Part shown: piece by piece, positions 10,087 through 20,340 of the stretch | Position numbering within the stretch: the stretch's first letter is position 1 | Layout: every line of letters starts with the position of its first letter | DNA from: an uncultured archaeon | Lineage (GTDB): Archaea > Iainarchaeota > Iainarchaeia > Iainarchaeales > 1-14-0-10-31-34 | Length of the DNA: 64,000 bases | NCBI GenBank assembly: GCA_964608675.1 | Contig: CAZSOZ010000001.1 | Location: forward strand, 64,001 to 128,000 | Direction: 5' to 3' | Made by a program: the position numbers and the translations under genes | The notes under the pieces: model-generated | The model's input: only the letters and a program-made list of their open reading frames with translations | Database searches by the model: none | Told to the model about the DNA's origin: nothing

Positions 10087-11217
10087 TTAATTCTTTTCTT
10101 TAAGAAATTTATTTAAGGTTTCTGCAGGAACTTTAAGGGAAATAAACCTGCTTTTTCCTTTGGGTTTTTTGTCAACCAAAGGAGCAGAAATTAAATTCAA
10201 GGATTCAAGCTTTGAAATAATTACGCGAAACTGCCTTAACTTGAAAGCATTTTTTTTCTTTGAATACTTTCTGTAAAGGTTTCCTGAAAAAACTCCTTCA
10301 GAAAAAGACGAAATTAATTCTAAAATAATTTTTTCCTGCTCTGAAAGAAAAGGAAAAGTCTTCAAAAGAACAGCTGAATTCATATCAGAAAAAGCTTTTT
10401 TTAAATGCACAAGAGAAACTTTTTTTGAGTTTTCTTTTTCTGCATTCCTTCCTGCTTTTAAAAGAGCTTCAATTCCTATTCTCGCGTCTCCTCCAAGTTT
10501 TGCTGAATGAGCAGCCGCAACATTAATTACATCTTTTTCAAGTGATTCAGGAAAAAAAGCAGAGAAAGCTCTTTCAGAAAGAATATCTTTCAGCTGTGAA
10601 GGAGAATATTTTTCAAACACAATTGTTTCTCCTGCTAAACTGCTTTTAACCCGCAAATCAAGTCCTGAAGTAATAGCAAAATTATTAGAAATCAAAACAA
10701 TTCCCACATGAATTCTTTCAAATTCAATTATTCTCAATAAATCATACAATACTTTAGAGCCTTCTTCCTTCAAAACCAGCTGGTCGGCTTCATCCAAAAT
10801 AATCAAAGGAACAAAATCAGCTTTCTTTAAAAAATCAATCATTCTTGAATAAATTTCATCGGTTGCCAGCCCTCTTCTAGGAATAGCTGCGCCAACAAAA
10901 TTTGCAATCTGAATCAAAACAGAATTCCTTGTATTAAATTCAAAACAATTAATGTAAAGTTTTTTTGCTCTGCCTGAATATTCCTCAAGTTCTGAAAAAA
11001 CAAATTTAGAGGAAACAGTTTTTCCTGTTCCAGGAGAACCCAAAAGAACTGCATTAACTGGTTTTTTTCCTGAAAGAACAGGCTTAAAACAAAACGCAAG
11101 AGAATCAATTTCTTTTTCTCTATGAGGAAGCCTTTCTGGAAGAAATTCAGGATAAAGAATTCTTTCATCCTTAAAAACTTCATTAATTGATTTCCTCGAA
11201 AAAATATTTTCCTTCAT
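10087..11217 (-). CDS. cdc6: Orc1/Cdc6 replication initiation protein
   Basis: PERLPHRE, Walker A GSPGTGKT, YINC, Walker B ILDEAD, GDAR sensor 2, C-terminal wHTH with GKSRFI wing. Confidence 0.93.
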   Translation of the reverse strand: MKENIFSRKSINEVFKDERILYPEFLPERLPHREKEIDSLAFCFKPVLSGKKPVNAVLLGSPGTGKTVSSKFVFSELEEYSGRAKKLYINCFEFNTRNSVLIQIANFVGAAIPRRGLATDEIYSRMIDFLKKADFVPLIILDEADQLVLKEEGSKVLYDLLRIIEFERIHVGIVLISNNFAITSGLDLRVKSSLAGETIVFEKYSPSQLKDILSERAFSAFFPESLEKDVINVAAAHSAKLGGDARIGIEALLKAGRNAEKENSKKVSLVHLKKAFSDMNSAVLLKTFPFLSEQEKIILELISSFSEGVFSGNLYRKYSKKKNAFKLRQFRVIISKLESLNLISAPLVDKKPKGKSRFISLKVPAETLNKFLKEKN

Positions 11218-11313
11218 ACAACAATAAAAAAGAAACAAATTCTTAAAACAATAATATCAAAAGAAAAAAAAAAACAAAAAACACGCATATAATAAATATA
11301 TAAAAAATATATA

Positions 11314-12633
11314 TTACTCTTTTTTTTCTTTGAAATCTATTACTGTTCCATTTTCATCCAATTCAAATTCAAAAAGCTCATTGTTAATTAAAACTCTTGA
11401 ATACCATCCGCTTCCCTTTCTTTCAAGAAATTCAACTTTATATTTGTTTTTTGTTCCAAGCTGATCAGCCAAAAATTCCAGCAGAAGATTAAATACTTTA
11501 TTGTATTCTTTTTCTTTGAAGTATTTTTTTTCAAGCCTCTTTTTTTCTTCGGCTCTCTTTTTTTTTACTTCCTTTTTTTTTGCAGTTTTCTTTATTTTAG
11601 TAATCTTAAAAACCAAATCAGACAAAGCTTCTTTTCCTCCTGCTCCCTTTGTTTCATTTTTATTTTTGATTATTCCGTCAAGCGAAGCAAGAAGCGAAGC
11701 AGTTTTTTCTCTTTCTTCTCTGTCAAAAGAATACATTAAATTTCTTGAAGTAATGCTGTTTAAAGGAACAAACACTTTTGCAGAAGAAGAAATTTCATTA
11801 AAGTCCTGTGAAATATCTTCAAGCAAAGCCCGTGTATTTTTTGAAGGAAAATCACTCCTTATTGTTTCAATAAAATAAATGCTCTGCCAGCAGACAAGAA
11901 AATGAGAAACAAAAGAAGAATAAAACAAAAGAAGAAGCAAAAAAAGCAAAACAAAAGAAACAAGATTAAAAGGATAAACTAAAGAAGAAAGAAAAGGATT
12001 TAATGCAACAAACAAAACAAGATAAAACAAAAGAAAAACAATATAAGAAAAAATTTGCATGGCAAAAACCTGAAACAAAACAAGGTTTTTTTTCTGATAA
12101 AACAAAACAAGACCGTCCCGCAAAGAAGTAAATGGTTCCACTGATTTATCTGCAAAAACATATGAAAGAACAGCAGAAGAAATTGCCTGAGTCACATTAG
12201 GAATAAAAGAAATAAAACCCAAAACCCCGTAAGTTTTTGAAATAACTTTTTTTGATTTTTCTTCAAATAAACGGAAACTGCGCAAAAAAGAAAATTTTTC
12301 TTTTATTAAATTAAAGCCAAATGAAGCCTGTCTTGAAACAGGCACATTCCTTCCAAAAACATATTCAGAAATAACCACTGCTCCGGAAACCCGCAATACA
12401 TACAAAATTCGGTTCCTAAAAAAATTCCAGTAAACTAAAAAAATAATGAGCCCTAAAACAAGAAAAACTAAATCAAAAGAAGAAAAAAACTCAAAATAAT
12501 AAGGCACCAAAATAAAAAACAAGGCAATAATTGCTGAAAACAAAACAAAATAAGCATTAGCAATAATTCTTGCAAAAACAAAAGAAAATGTTCTGAAAAA
12601 CAATTTTAATGCCTGAGAAAAATAAAATGCCAT
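11314..12633 (-). CDS. Multi-pass membrane protein with charged C-terminal soluble domain
   Basis: Several hydrophobic helices, Lys-rich linker, small beta domain (WYSRVLINNELFEFELDENG, PepSY-like). Confidence 0.7.
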   Translation of the reverse strand: MAFYFSQALKLFFRTFSFVFARIIANAYFVLFSAIIALFFILVPYYFEFFSSFDLVFLVLGLIIFLVYWNFFRNRILYVLRVSGAVVISEYVFGRNVPVSRQASFGFNLIKEKFSFLRSFRLFEEKSKKVISKTYGVLGFISFIPNVTQAISSAVLSYVFADKSVEPFTSLRDGLVLFYQKKNLVLFQVFAMQIFSYIVFLLFYLVLFVALNPFLSSLVYPFNLVSFVLLFLLLLLFYSSFVSHFLVCWQSIYFIETIRSDFPSKNTRALLEDISQDFNEISSSAKVFVPLNSITSRNLMYSFDREEREKTASLLASLDGIIKNKNETKGAGGKEALSDLVFKITKIKKTAKKKEVKKKRAEEKKRLEKKYFKEKEYNKVFNLLLEFLADQLGTKNKYKVEFLERKGSGWYSRVLINNELFEFELDENGTVIDFKEKKE

Positions 12634-12751
12634 AATCCTAATAAACAATAAAAGTATTTAACTCTTGCTTTTTTTTTGCTGGAAAAAGAAAAAGGTTTTT
12701 CCTAACAAAAATGAAAGATATTTAAATAGCTTTAAACCGAATAAATATTAA

Positions 12752-13312
12752 ATGAACGAAATAATCCTGAGAAAAGAAGAATTCAAAGCATTGAGTTCAG
12801 ATACCAGAATAGAATTAATCAGGCTCTTAAAAGAAAGAAATTACACTTTAAGCGAAATGTCCGCAAAACTAAAAATGAGTTCTCCGACAATAAAACAGCA
12901 TTTAGATACTCTGGCGCACTCTGATTTAATTGAACAAAAAGACGAAGGAAGAAAATGGAAATATTATTCTTTAACAAGAAAAGGAAAAAAATTAATTGAA
13001 CCAGAAACGCCAAAAATAATGATTTTATGGGCAGCAACACTGCTTGGAGTTCTCTCAATATTTTTTCTTGCTTTTTCTATTACAGAAAACCCTTTTTCAG
13101 AAGAAATAAAAATACAAAACACGTTTTCTGCTTCTGAAACCCTGAAAACAACAGGAGCAAACCAAGTTTCTGATTCTTATGCAGAAAAAAAAGAAACACA
13201 GGAAACCCAAAAAACCGATATTGAAATAATTATTGCTTTAATTGCTGTTTCATTAATTACAGGCTTCCTTTTTTCAAAGGCTTCGGCAATCAGCGATAAA
13301 AAACTTATTTAA
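12752..13312 (+). CDS. Membrane-anchored ArsR-family winged-helix transcriptional regulator
   Basis: FKALSSDTRIELIRLL...TLSEMS...SPTIKQHL...WKYYSLT..G followed by two TM helices. Confidence 0.85.
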   Translation: MNEIILRKEEFKALSSDTRIELIRLLKERNYTLSEMSAKLKMSSPTIKQHLDTLAHSDLIEQKDEGRKWKYYSLTRKGKKLIEPETPKIMILWAATLLGVLSIFFLAFSITENPFSEEIKIQNTFSASETLKTTGANQVSDSYAEKKETQETQKTDIEIIIALIAVSLITGFLFSKASAISDKKLI

Positions 13313-13335
13313 GCAGTTTTCAGCCAGATTCAGAA

Positions 13336-13899
13336 ATGAAATCTAAAGGAATGATTGCATTTGCATTAGTTTTTGCTTTTATTTTAATTTATTTTTCTTT
13401 GGTTTATTCAATTCAGGAATTCAATTCAAATAAAAATCTAGTTGAAGCACAATTAATTGAAACAGAAAACGCTTCATTTAAAAGAAATCTTGTGGAAAAC
13501 TCTGTTGACGAATTAATCAAAGAAACAATCAAAAAAGAAATAATGTTTGGCTCAAAAGAACCGAAAAAAATACAGGAAAAAACAGCAGAAAACTTAATTC
13601 ATTTTTTTGAAGAACTAGAAAAAAAAGGAATAAAAATAAAAGAAATTGAATTAAAAAAGGAATACAAAAAAACAAAAATTAAAGGAAAAAAAACAAGAAA
13701 AAAATTCATTCAGGAAAACAGCAGAATAATTGTAATAAAATTATATGAAAAAATTTATCTCACAGAATTTTATTTCACTGCCGGAAAAAACAAAAATAAA
13801 ATACTTGGAGCAGAAATAAAAGAAAATTCTTCTAAAATAAACTTTTTTGTTCCTGCAGGATATTCAATAAAAACAATTAATGCAAGAGTGATTGAATGA
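13336..13899 (+). CDS. Pilin-like protein (class III signal peptide-like)
   Basis: MKSKG|MIAFALVFAFILIYF: short basic leader, KG, hydrophobic helix. Confidence 0.6.
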   Translation: MKSKGMIAFALVFAFILIYFSLVYSIQEFNSNKNLVEAQLIETENASFKRNLVENSVDELIKETIKKEIMFGSKEPKKIQEKTAENLIHFFEELEKKGIKIKEIELKKEYKKTKIKGKKTRKKFIQENSRIIVIKLYEKIYLTEFYFTAGKNKNKILGAEIKENSSKINFFVPAGYSIKTINARVIE

Positions 13900-14234
13900 A
13901 AGGAATAATCAGCCTTGAAGCAATGCTCGTGTTAATTTCATTCTTTGCATTGATTTCCCTTCTATTCAATTCACTTGAAAATACGAGGTTGCTGGCAAAA
14001 GAAAAACAAGACCTATTTTCAGCCAAAGCAAATTCATTCAAATGTGCATTCGCTGCAGATTCAGTTTACTCAAACGGAATTCAAGAAATAAAATTAAACG
14101 AAAAATGCTTTTTTGAAAAAGACAGAATAAAAAGCAAAAAAGGAAAACAAGAAAGCCAGGAAAAAACAATAACAAAAAAAATCAGTAATTCCGAAAAAGG
14201 ACTGCAAATAGGAGTTGAAGACCATTACAAATAA
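13896..14234 (+). CDS. Pilin-like protein (class III signal peptide)
   Basis: MKG|IISLEAMLVLISFF with +5 Glu; Cys pair in head. Confidence 0.7.
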   Translation: MKGIISLEAMLVLISFFALISLLFNSLENTRLLAKEKQDLFSAKANSFKCAFAADSVYSNGIQEIKLNEKCFFEKDRIKSKKGKQESQEKTITKKISNSEKGLQIGVEDHYK

Positions 14235-14661
14235 AGGAATAATAGAAACAGACGCAATGGTTTCAGCAGTAATTGTACTTATTACTGTTTATTTAATGAT
14301 TACTGCAGTTAACGCAAAAATTGAAGAAAAAAACGAAATCAAAAACCTGAATTACCTTAAACTAAAAGCATTATATTATGCTGATTCCCTTATAAAAAAT
14401 TCCAATTCAAAAGAACCAGAAAAAGGAATTGCATTCTACAATAAAGAAAAAAAAAGAACAGAAGAAAACATTATTGACTTAAAACTGGCTGAAAAACTAA
14501 ATGAAAAAAATTTTCCTGAAAAATTAAAAGAAATAAGAATTGAAACAAAAAAAGTAAAAATAAAAACAGGCGAAAAAAAAGGAAACTGCTTTGAGGTCCG
14601 GAGATTTATTTTAACTGAACAAAAAGAAAAAGGAATTATTTATGTCAGCACATGCAATTAA
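14215..14661 (+). CDS. Pilin-like protein (class III signal peptide)
   Basis: NKG|IIETDAMVSAVIVLI; overlapping operon context. Confidence 0.65.
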   Translation: MKTITNKGIIETDAMVSAVIVLITVYLMITAVNAKIEEKNEIKNLNYLKLKALYYADSLIKNSNSKEPEKGIAFYNKEKKRTEENIIDLKLAEKLNEKNFPEKLKEIRIETKKVKIKTGEKKGNCFEVRRFILTEQKEKGIIYVSTCN

Positions 14662-14998
14662 AGGATTCAGTTTTACCATTGAAGCAATAACAAGCCTTGT
14701 GATTCTGATTGCAATAATAAGCATTCCTGTAAACATACAGGAAAACGATTCAGAAAAAATTTACTGCATTCAAAAACAAAACGATTTAATCAAAGCATGG
14801 ATTAAAACAAACAATTTTGAAGAAACAGAAATCAAAAAAGACTTCAAAAAAATGTTTCCGTTTCAGAAAGGAGAAATAATAATTCACGGAAAAAAAATTG
14901 AAGTTCCAGGAAAACAAGAAAAAAACGAATACAAAAGCACAGGATTTTATTACAAGGAAGGAAAATTACAGGAAATTTCTGTAAAAGTCTTTGTTTAA
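14642..14998 (+). CDS. Pilin-like protein (class III signal peptide)
   Basis: KG|FSFTIEAITSLVILIAII, typical KGFxFTxD/EA minor pilin start. Confidence 0.7.
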   Translation: MSAHAIKGFSFTIEAITSLVILIAIISIPVNIQENDSEKIYCIQKQNDLIKAWIKTNNFEETEIKKDFKKMFPFQKGEIIIHGKKIEVPGKQEKNEYKSTGFYYKEGKLQEISVKVFV

Positions 14999-16095
14999 AA
15001 AAAATCATTAAAAATTTCTTTCATGGCTTTTTTTCTTTCATTAAAAGAAAACCGTCCTTTTTCTGTATCCCGAAAAGCATTTCTTCCAAACTTTTTCCTT
15101 AAAGAAGAATCTTCAATCAAAAGAGCAGTTTTTTCAGCCAGCTGAACAGCAATTTTTTCTGAATCCAGTTTTTTTGATTCCCCGAAAAAATAATAAGGGT
15201 TCAAAAAAATTTTTTTATGGTACTCTTCAGGAAAATTAACCTTGAATCCTGTTCTGTTTTCTTCATTTATTTCATTCAAACCCATTATATCAGAAGAAAC
15301 AACAGGAACAGAACAAGAAAAAGCTTCTACAGCAGTTAACCCAAAAGATTCAATCAAAGAAGGCATTAGTAAAATATCGTTTTCAGGCATAACTTTTTCC
15401 CTGAATTCTTTTCCTGAAACAAAACCAAAATTTATTTCAGGAAACCTTTTTTTTGTTTCAGCAGAAAAATTTCCAAAACAATTTAATTCAACATCATATT
15501 TCTTTTTTAACATGTTGAAAGCAGAAAAAACAAAATTTGTTCCCTTAAAAACAGGGTTAGTTGCAGTAAAAAGAAGAGAAATTTTTTCTTTATTAGTTTT
15601 TTTCTTTACTGTACTTGGTTTCATAGAAGGATAAATTACCCGTGTTTTTTCTTTCAAATGGTTTCCTGCAAAAAAAAGAATTGATTTTTTGGAATACTGC
15701 GTCCAGGGAAGTAATGCTCTGCAGTTAAAAGAATTAAATGCTTTTGAAACAAGTTTTCTTCCAACAGAATTCATTACAGAAGAAAAAAAATTTTGTCCTG
15801 AAAAAAAACTGTAAAAAGCGCTCCAATAATGAAATTCTTCTACATCAGCAATCCACGGAAAATCATTCAAAGGAAAAACCTTAAAAGCATAAATTAAATC
15901 AATTGAATTTTTTTTCAAAAAATTTTTTGGGTAATAAACAAAATTAAAAAAAGGCAAAAAAGGATAAGGAAAACAATACCTTGAAGAATTAAGAAAAGGA
16001 GACTTTCTTTCAACTGCAAAAGAATTAATTTTGAGTTCTTCAAAAAAATCAAAAGCAGAAGTTCTTATATCTAAGCCGTCAAAAAAAACTTTCAT
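14995..16095 (-). CDS. Glycosyltransferase family 4 (GT-B)
   Basis: FKG, DILLMPSLIESFGLTAVEAFSCSVPVVSS (E-x7-E), ENRTGF. Confidence 0.9.
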   Translation of the reverse strand: MKVFFDGLDIRTSAFDFFEELKINSFAVERKSPFLNSSRYCFPYPFLPFFNFVYYPKNFLKKNSIDLIYAFKVFPLNDFPWIADVEEFHYWSAFYSFFSGQNFFSSVMNSVGRKLVSKAFNSFNCRALLPWTQYSKKSILFFAGNHLKEKTRVIYPSMKPSTVKKKTNKEKISLLFTATNPVFKGTNFVFSAFNMLKKKYDVELNCFGNFSAETKKRFPEINFGFVSGKEFREKVMPENDILLMPSLIESFGLTAVEAFSCSVPVVSSDIMGLNEINEENRTGFKVNFPEEYHKKIFLNPYYFFGESKKLDSEKIAVQLAEKTALLIEDSSLRKKFGRNAFRDTEKGRFSFNERKKAMKEIFNDFF

Positions 16096-16121
16096 AAAAA
16101 AGAAATAAACAGTTCAGGAAT

Positions 16122-16550
16122 TTAAGCTTTTTGAATTTCAAGTAAAACCAGTTTTTCTGTTTTAGTTAAAACAAAAACTGTTTCTTCAGAAAAAGAAAAC
16201 TCATCAAAAAACAAATTAAAGGAATCAAAAGAAAAAATTTTTTCTTTATTATAGTTTTCAGAATAAACTGCAAGAAAAAATTTGTTTTTATCTGATTTAA
16301 TAATCCATTCATTTAATGGTTTTGCAGTTAAAGTTATTTTTGAACCAGAACTCATTGAATTCAATTCTCTTGCAGAAACTTCAACTGAATTACAAAAAGC
16401 TTTTGCATTAGAAACATCCAAAGCAAATAAACCCAAAAAAAGAGTTTTCTGAATTAAAGGCAGAAACAAAAGCAAAAAAGAAAAAAAGGCTGCAGTAATA
16501 AGAATTAATTCAAGTGAAATTTGAGCATTATTTGATATCTGAAATTTCAT
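16122..16550 (-). CDS. Pilin-like protein (class III signal peptide)
   Basis: NNA|QISLELILITAAFF with +1 Gln, +5 Glu. Confidence 0.7.
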   Translation of the reverse strand: MKFQISNNAQISLELILITAAFFSFLLLFLPLIQKTLFLGLFALDVSNAKAFCNSVEVSARELNSMSSGSKITLTAKPLNEWIIKSDKNKFFLAVYSENYNKEKIFSFDSFNLFFDEFSFSEETVFVLTKTEKLVLLEIQKA

Positions 16551-16695
16551 CAAAAATTTTCTCTGTTTTTTTGTCAATTACTTTAGCCCCCTTTGTTCCT
16601 GTTTTCTGAAGCTGGGAGACCAGCACTAAAGCCACAGCAACAACTGCTGCGAGAAGGACAATTAATTCAACTGAAACCTGCGCTTTATTTTCCAT
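16528..16695 (-). CDS. Short type IV pilin (class III signal peptide, DUF361-like), 55 aa
   Basis: MENKA|QVSVELIVLLAAVVAVALVLV; start reassigned to ATG at 16695. Confidence 0.85.
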   Translation of the reverse strand: MENKAQVSVELIVLLAAVVAVALVLVSQLQKTGTKGAKVIDKKTEKIFDEISDIK

Positions 16696-16750
16696 AAAAA
16701 AAAGCACTGAAAAAAAAGAATAAAAAGAAAATCCAACGTTAATCAACGAA

Positions 16751-16768
16751 AATTAGGCAAACCTAATT
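16751..16768. promoter_or_regulatory. Palindromic operator AATTAGG-CAAA-CCTAATT, DtxR/MntR-box-like
   Basis: Perfect 7-bp inverted repeat in a divergent intergenic region. Confidence 0.5.
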
Positions 16769-16825
16769 ATTAAACAGCAGGGTTTTTTATTGGTTTGCAT
16801 TACAAAATTGTTTAGTGAAAAAAAA

Positions 16826-17521
16826 ATGGTTTCAAAGGAAATAAAAGATATCGCGATTGCATGGATTGTTTTAAGCGTGGCTTTTGCTTTTATTTTTTCT
16901 GGATTAACTTTGTTTGGAATCCTTCAAGGAAACTTAATTCAGGCATTAAGCGGATTTATCATAATGTTTCCTGTTTCTCTGCTGATTGTAGGAACTTCTT
17001 TTGTTCTTCATGAATTAGGCCACAGAAATGTTGCAAGGCACTTCAATTATTTTGCTGAATTCAGGAAATGGAATTTTGGTTTAATGTTTGCTTTAGGAGT
17101 TTCATTTCTTATTGGAGCAATTTTTGCTGCACCTGGAGCAGTTTACATAGGGAATAAAAGAAAAAGACAATGGGAAAAAAAATCAAGATGGGACCAGGAA
17201 TATCCAGAATACACAAAAAACGGATTAAATGAAATGGGATTAATTTCTGTTGCAGGAATAGTAATTAATATTATTTTAGGATTAATTTTTTTAGGCCTGC
17301 TTTTGTTTGCTCTTCCTTTATTTACAGAAGGCACTTTTGTTCATCAAATTATGAGAACTATTTTTACTTTAGGTTATGTAATTAATTTTATTTTAGCAGG
17401 ATTCAATCTGCTTCCAATAGGTCCTTTGGATGGAAACAAAGTAATGAAATGGAACCCTATTATATGGGCAGTATTGTTTTTTCCGATTGCATACTGGTAT
17501 TTTTTTATGCTTGGAATTTAA
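16826..17521 (+). CDS. Site-2 protease family (M50) intramembrane zinc metalloprotease
   Basis: HELGH, AAPGAV, ISVAG, FNLLPIGPLDG. Confidence 0.92.
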   Translation: MVSKEIKDIAIAWIVLSVAFAFIFSGLTLFGILQGNLIQALSGFIIMFPVSLLIVGTSFVLHELGHRNVARHFNYFAEFRKWNFGLMFALGVSFLIGAIFAAPGAVYIGNKRKRQWEKKSRWDQEYPEYTKNGLNEMGLISVAGIVINIILGLIFLGLLLFALPLFTEGTFVHQIMRTIFTLGYVINFILAGFNLLPIGPLDGNKVMKWNPIIWAVLFFPIAYWYFFMLGI

Positions 17522-17525
17522 TTAG

Positions 17526-19733
17526 TCAGCCTACATAAGAAGGTTTGAAAACAGAGTAATGCTCTGAAAATTCTTTGTATGCTTCCATTGTTTCCTTTGA
17601 AATTGAAGCATGGATTTTCTTTAAAGCTAAATCAAAATATTTTGCTTGCAGTGGTTTTGCCTGCATTTTGTTTTCTTTTAAAGAAATCAATGCTGCCTCT
17701 CTGACCAATCCTTCAATGTCTGCTCCGCTAAAACCTTCAGTTTTTCTTGCAAGTTCATCTAAAGCAACTTCTTTTTCTATTGCAACAGTCTTCAAATGAA
17801 TTTTAAATATTTCTTTTCTTGCTTTTTCATCTGGAGCAGGAACCATAACCAGTTTGTCAATTCTTCCAGGCCTTAACAAGCTTTGATCAACTAAATCCGG
17901 TCTGTTTGTTGCAGCAACAAAAACAACATCTTTTAGTTCTTCTATTCCATCTATTTCAGTTAACAACTGATTTACTGCTCTGTCGCCTACCCCTGAATCA
18001 AAATTGTTTCCTCTTACAGTTGCAAGAGAATCAATTTCATCAAAAAAAACTATTACTGGAGACACTTGTCTTGCTTTCTTAAAAATTTTTCTTATGCCTC
18101 TTTCTGTTTCTCCTACAAATTTTGAGATAAGCTCAGGACCTTTAATTGAAATAAAATTTGCTTCAGATTCGTTTGCGACTGCTTTTGCAAGCATTGTTTT
18201 TCCTGTTCCCGGAGGACCATACAATAAAACTCCTCTCGGAGGCTTTATTCCTGCTTTCTTAAATGAATCAGGGTTTTTTAAAGGCCATTCAACTGCCTGC
18301 TTTAATTCTTCTTTTACTTCCTCTAAAGAGCCAATATCCTTCCATTTAATGTTTGGCACTTCAACTAAAACTTCCCTTAAAGCAGAAGGCTGGACTTCCT
18401 TTAATGCATCCTCAAAATCTTTTTTGTTTACTTCCATCTCTTCAAGAAGTTCAGGGTCAATTTTTTCTTCTTCTAATTTGATTTTAGGCAGATATCTCCG
18501 CAAAGCTTTCATTGCACTTTCTTTAGCTAATGCTTCTAAATCTGCTCCAACAAAACCATGAGTAATTGAAGCAAAAGAATTCAAGTCAACTCCGTTTTTG
18601 TTTTCAGCTGGAGTCAAAGGCATTCCTCTTGTGTGAATTTGAAGAACATCTTTTCTTCCTTTTTTGTCTGGAACGCCGATTTCAATTTCTCTGTCAAATC
18701 TTCCTGGACGTCTTAAAGCTTCATCCAAAGAATTAACTCTGTTTGTTGCAGCAATAACAATTACATTTCCTCTTGCTTCCATTCCATCCATTGCAGAAAG
18801 CAGTTGAGCTACAACTCTTCTTTCAACTTCCCCAACCACTTCTTCTCTTTTTGGAGCAATTGCATCAATTTCATCAATAAAAATAATTGAAGGAGAATTT
18901 TCTTCTGCTTCCTTGAAGACCTGCCTTACTCTTTCTTCTGCTTCACCAACAAACTTTGACATAATGCTTGGAGCAGAAATTGAAATAAAATGAGCTTGAG
19001 TTTCATTTGCAACTGCTTTAGCTAATAAAGTTTTTCCTGTTCCTGGCGGACCATGCAGTAAAACTCCTTTTGGAGGGTTAATTCCTAGTTTAGTGAACAA
19101 TTCTGGATGACGCATTGGCAATTCAATCATTTCCCTGACTTTTCTTATTTGTTCATCCAATCCGCCAATTTCATCATAAGTCACTGAAGGAACTCCCTCT
19201 AAGGCTTCTTTTGCAGGTTCTTCTTTTAATTGGAATTGTGTTGCATCAGTGACTTTCACGATTCCCCTTGGATTTGTATCTATAACAGTATAAATAAAAC
19301 CTGAACCAAAAACAGAAATCCATACATGGTCTCCTTTATTCAAAGGACGGCCGATAAAAGATTTCTTTAAAATTCTGTCATAACCTGAAGCAATAATTCT
19401 TACTTCTTGAGTTGGAGCCAAAACAACTTTTTTTCCTTCATTGTACTGAGCTTTGGAAACCTTTACTTTTTCTCCCAAAGAAACCCCGCACGAGCGCCTT
19501 ATTAATGAATCCATTCTGATTATATTTCTTCCTTCATCAGAAGATTTTGCAGGCCAAACAATAGCAGCAGTTTTTTTGCCGGCTTCCAATTCAACTATGT
19601 CGCCTGAAGTAATTCCAAGATATTCTTTTGACTGCCTGTCTAAAGTAACTATTCCTCTTCCAACATGGCTGGAATCAGTGTCATGAACCCTTAAATCCAG
19701 TTTTTTATTCTTTTGATTTGATAAATTAATCAT
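17526..19733 (-). CDS. cdc48: CDC48/VAT AAA+ ATPase
   Basis: N-domain plus two AAA modules (GPPGTGKT twice, IDEID/FDEID, RPGRFDR/RPGRIDK). Confidence 0.97.
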   Translation of the reverse strand: MINLSNQKNKKLDLRVHDTDSSHVGRGIVTLDRQSKEYLGITSGDIVELEAGKKTAAIVWPAKSSDEGRNIIRMDSLIRRSCGVSLGEKVKVSKAQYNEGKKVVLAPTQEVRIIASGYDRILKKSFIGRPLNKGDHVWISVFGSGFIYTVIDTNPRGIVKVTDATQFQLKEEPAKEALEGVPSVTYDEIGGLDEQIRKVREMIELPMRHPELFTKLGINPPKGVLLHGPPGTGKTLLAKAVANETQAHFISISAPSIMSKFVGEAEERVRQVFKEAEENSPSIIFIDEIDAIAPKREEVVGEVERRVVAQLLSAMDGMEARGNVIVIAATNRVNSLDEALRRPGRFDREIEIGVPDKKGRKDVLQIHTRGMPLTPAENKNGVDLNSFASITHGFVGADLEALAKESAMKALRRYLPKIKLEEEKIDPELLEEMEVNKKDFEDALKEVQPSALREVLVEVPNIKWKDIGSLEEVKEELKQAVEWPLKNPDSFKKAGIKPPRGVLLYGPPGTGKTMLAKAVANESEANFISIKGPELISKFVGETERGIRKIFKKARQVSPVIVFFDEIDSLATVRGNNFDSGVGDRAVNQLLTEIDGIEELKDVVFVAATNRPDLVDQSLLRPGRIDKLVMVPAPDEKARKEIFKIHLKTVAIEKEVALDELARKTEGFSGADIEGLVREAALISLKENKMQAKPLQAKYFDLALKKIHASISKETMEAYKEFSEHYSVFKPSYVG

Positions 19734-19782
19734 AAAAAAAATAATTGATTGAAAAGATTTAAAGCTTTAATTAAAAAGCAAA

Positions 19783-20340
19783 TCATTTTAATTGCTTTTC
19801 CAGTTCTTCAACAAAAGAATCAAAAAAAACAATTTTTTGTTCTGCTAATTTTTTTGCTTTAAAAGAAAAAAAAGCTTCCTTTAAAAGAAAGGATTTAGTT
19901 TTCTGTTGTTCAAGAAATTTATTTAACGAAATTTTATTAACATAAAACAAAACTGAATTCTTAATTAATCCTGCAGGAGTCAATTCATCCAAAAGATTTG
20001 TGTCATGAACCAAAACTGCTTCAATTGTTTTAGGCTTTCCTTTCAAACCCGATTCAGAAACACAATACAAGACTGCGTCAGTTTTCTCTTTCGGAAAATT
20101 AGATGCAGTCAAAAATTTTTTTGCTAAATTCAAAGAAGTCTGAATTAAATTTTGATTAAATTTAAGCGACTGATAAAATCCTGAACAATGAAGCAAAATT
20201 CCTGCAGAAACAATTTCTTCATCAAATTCTTTTTCCTTAATTAACTCCAGATTTTTAAAGCAGCGGTTAATGTGATTCAAAGTAAAAAAATCTCTTGCTT
20301 CTTTTTCAACTAATCTTTTCAATTCACTTTGGCTGAACAT
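19783..20340 (-). CDS. Degenerate HD-domain protein
   Basis: H..R...AGILLHCSG (HD replaced by HC) and EAVLVHDTNLLD (DADxLD-like). Confidence 0.65.
   Translation of the reverse strand: MFSQSELKRLVEKEARDFFTLNHINRCFKNLELIKEKEFDEEIVSAGILLHCSGFYQSLKFNQNLIQTSLNLAKKFLTASNFPKEKTDAVLYCVSESGLKGKPKTIEAVLVHDTNLLDELTPAGLIKNSVLFYVNKISLNKFLEQQKTKSFLLKEAFFSFKAKKLAEQKIVFFDSFVEELEKQLK

Noticed and set aside
11218-11313. Replication origin upstream of cdc6
   Set aside because: Short AT-rich gap with no repeated ORB elements and no visible change in strand bias.
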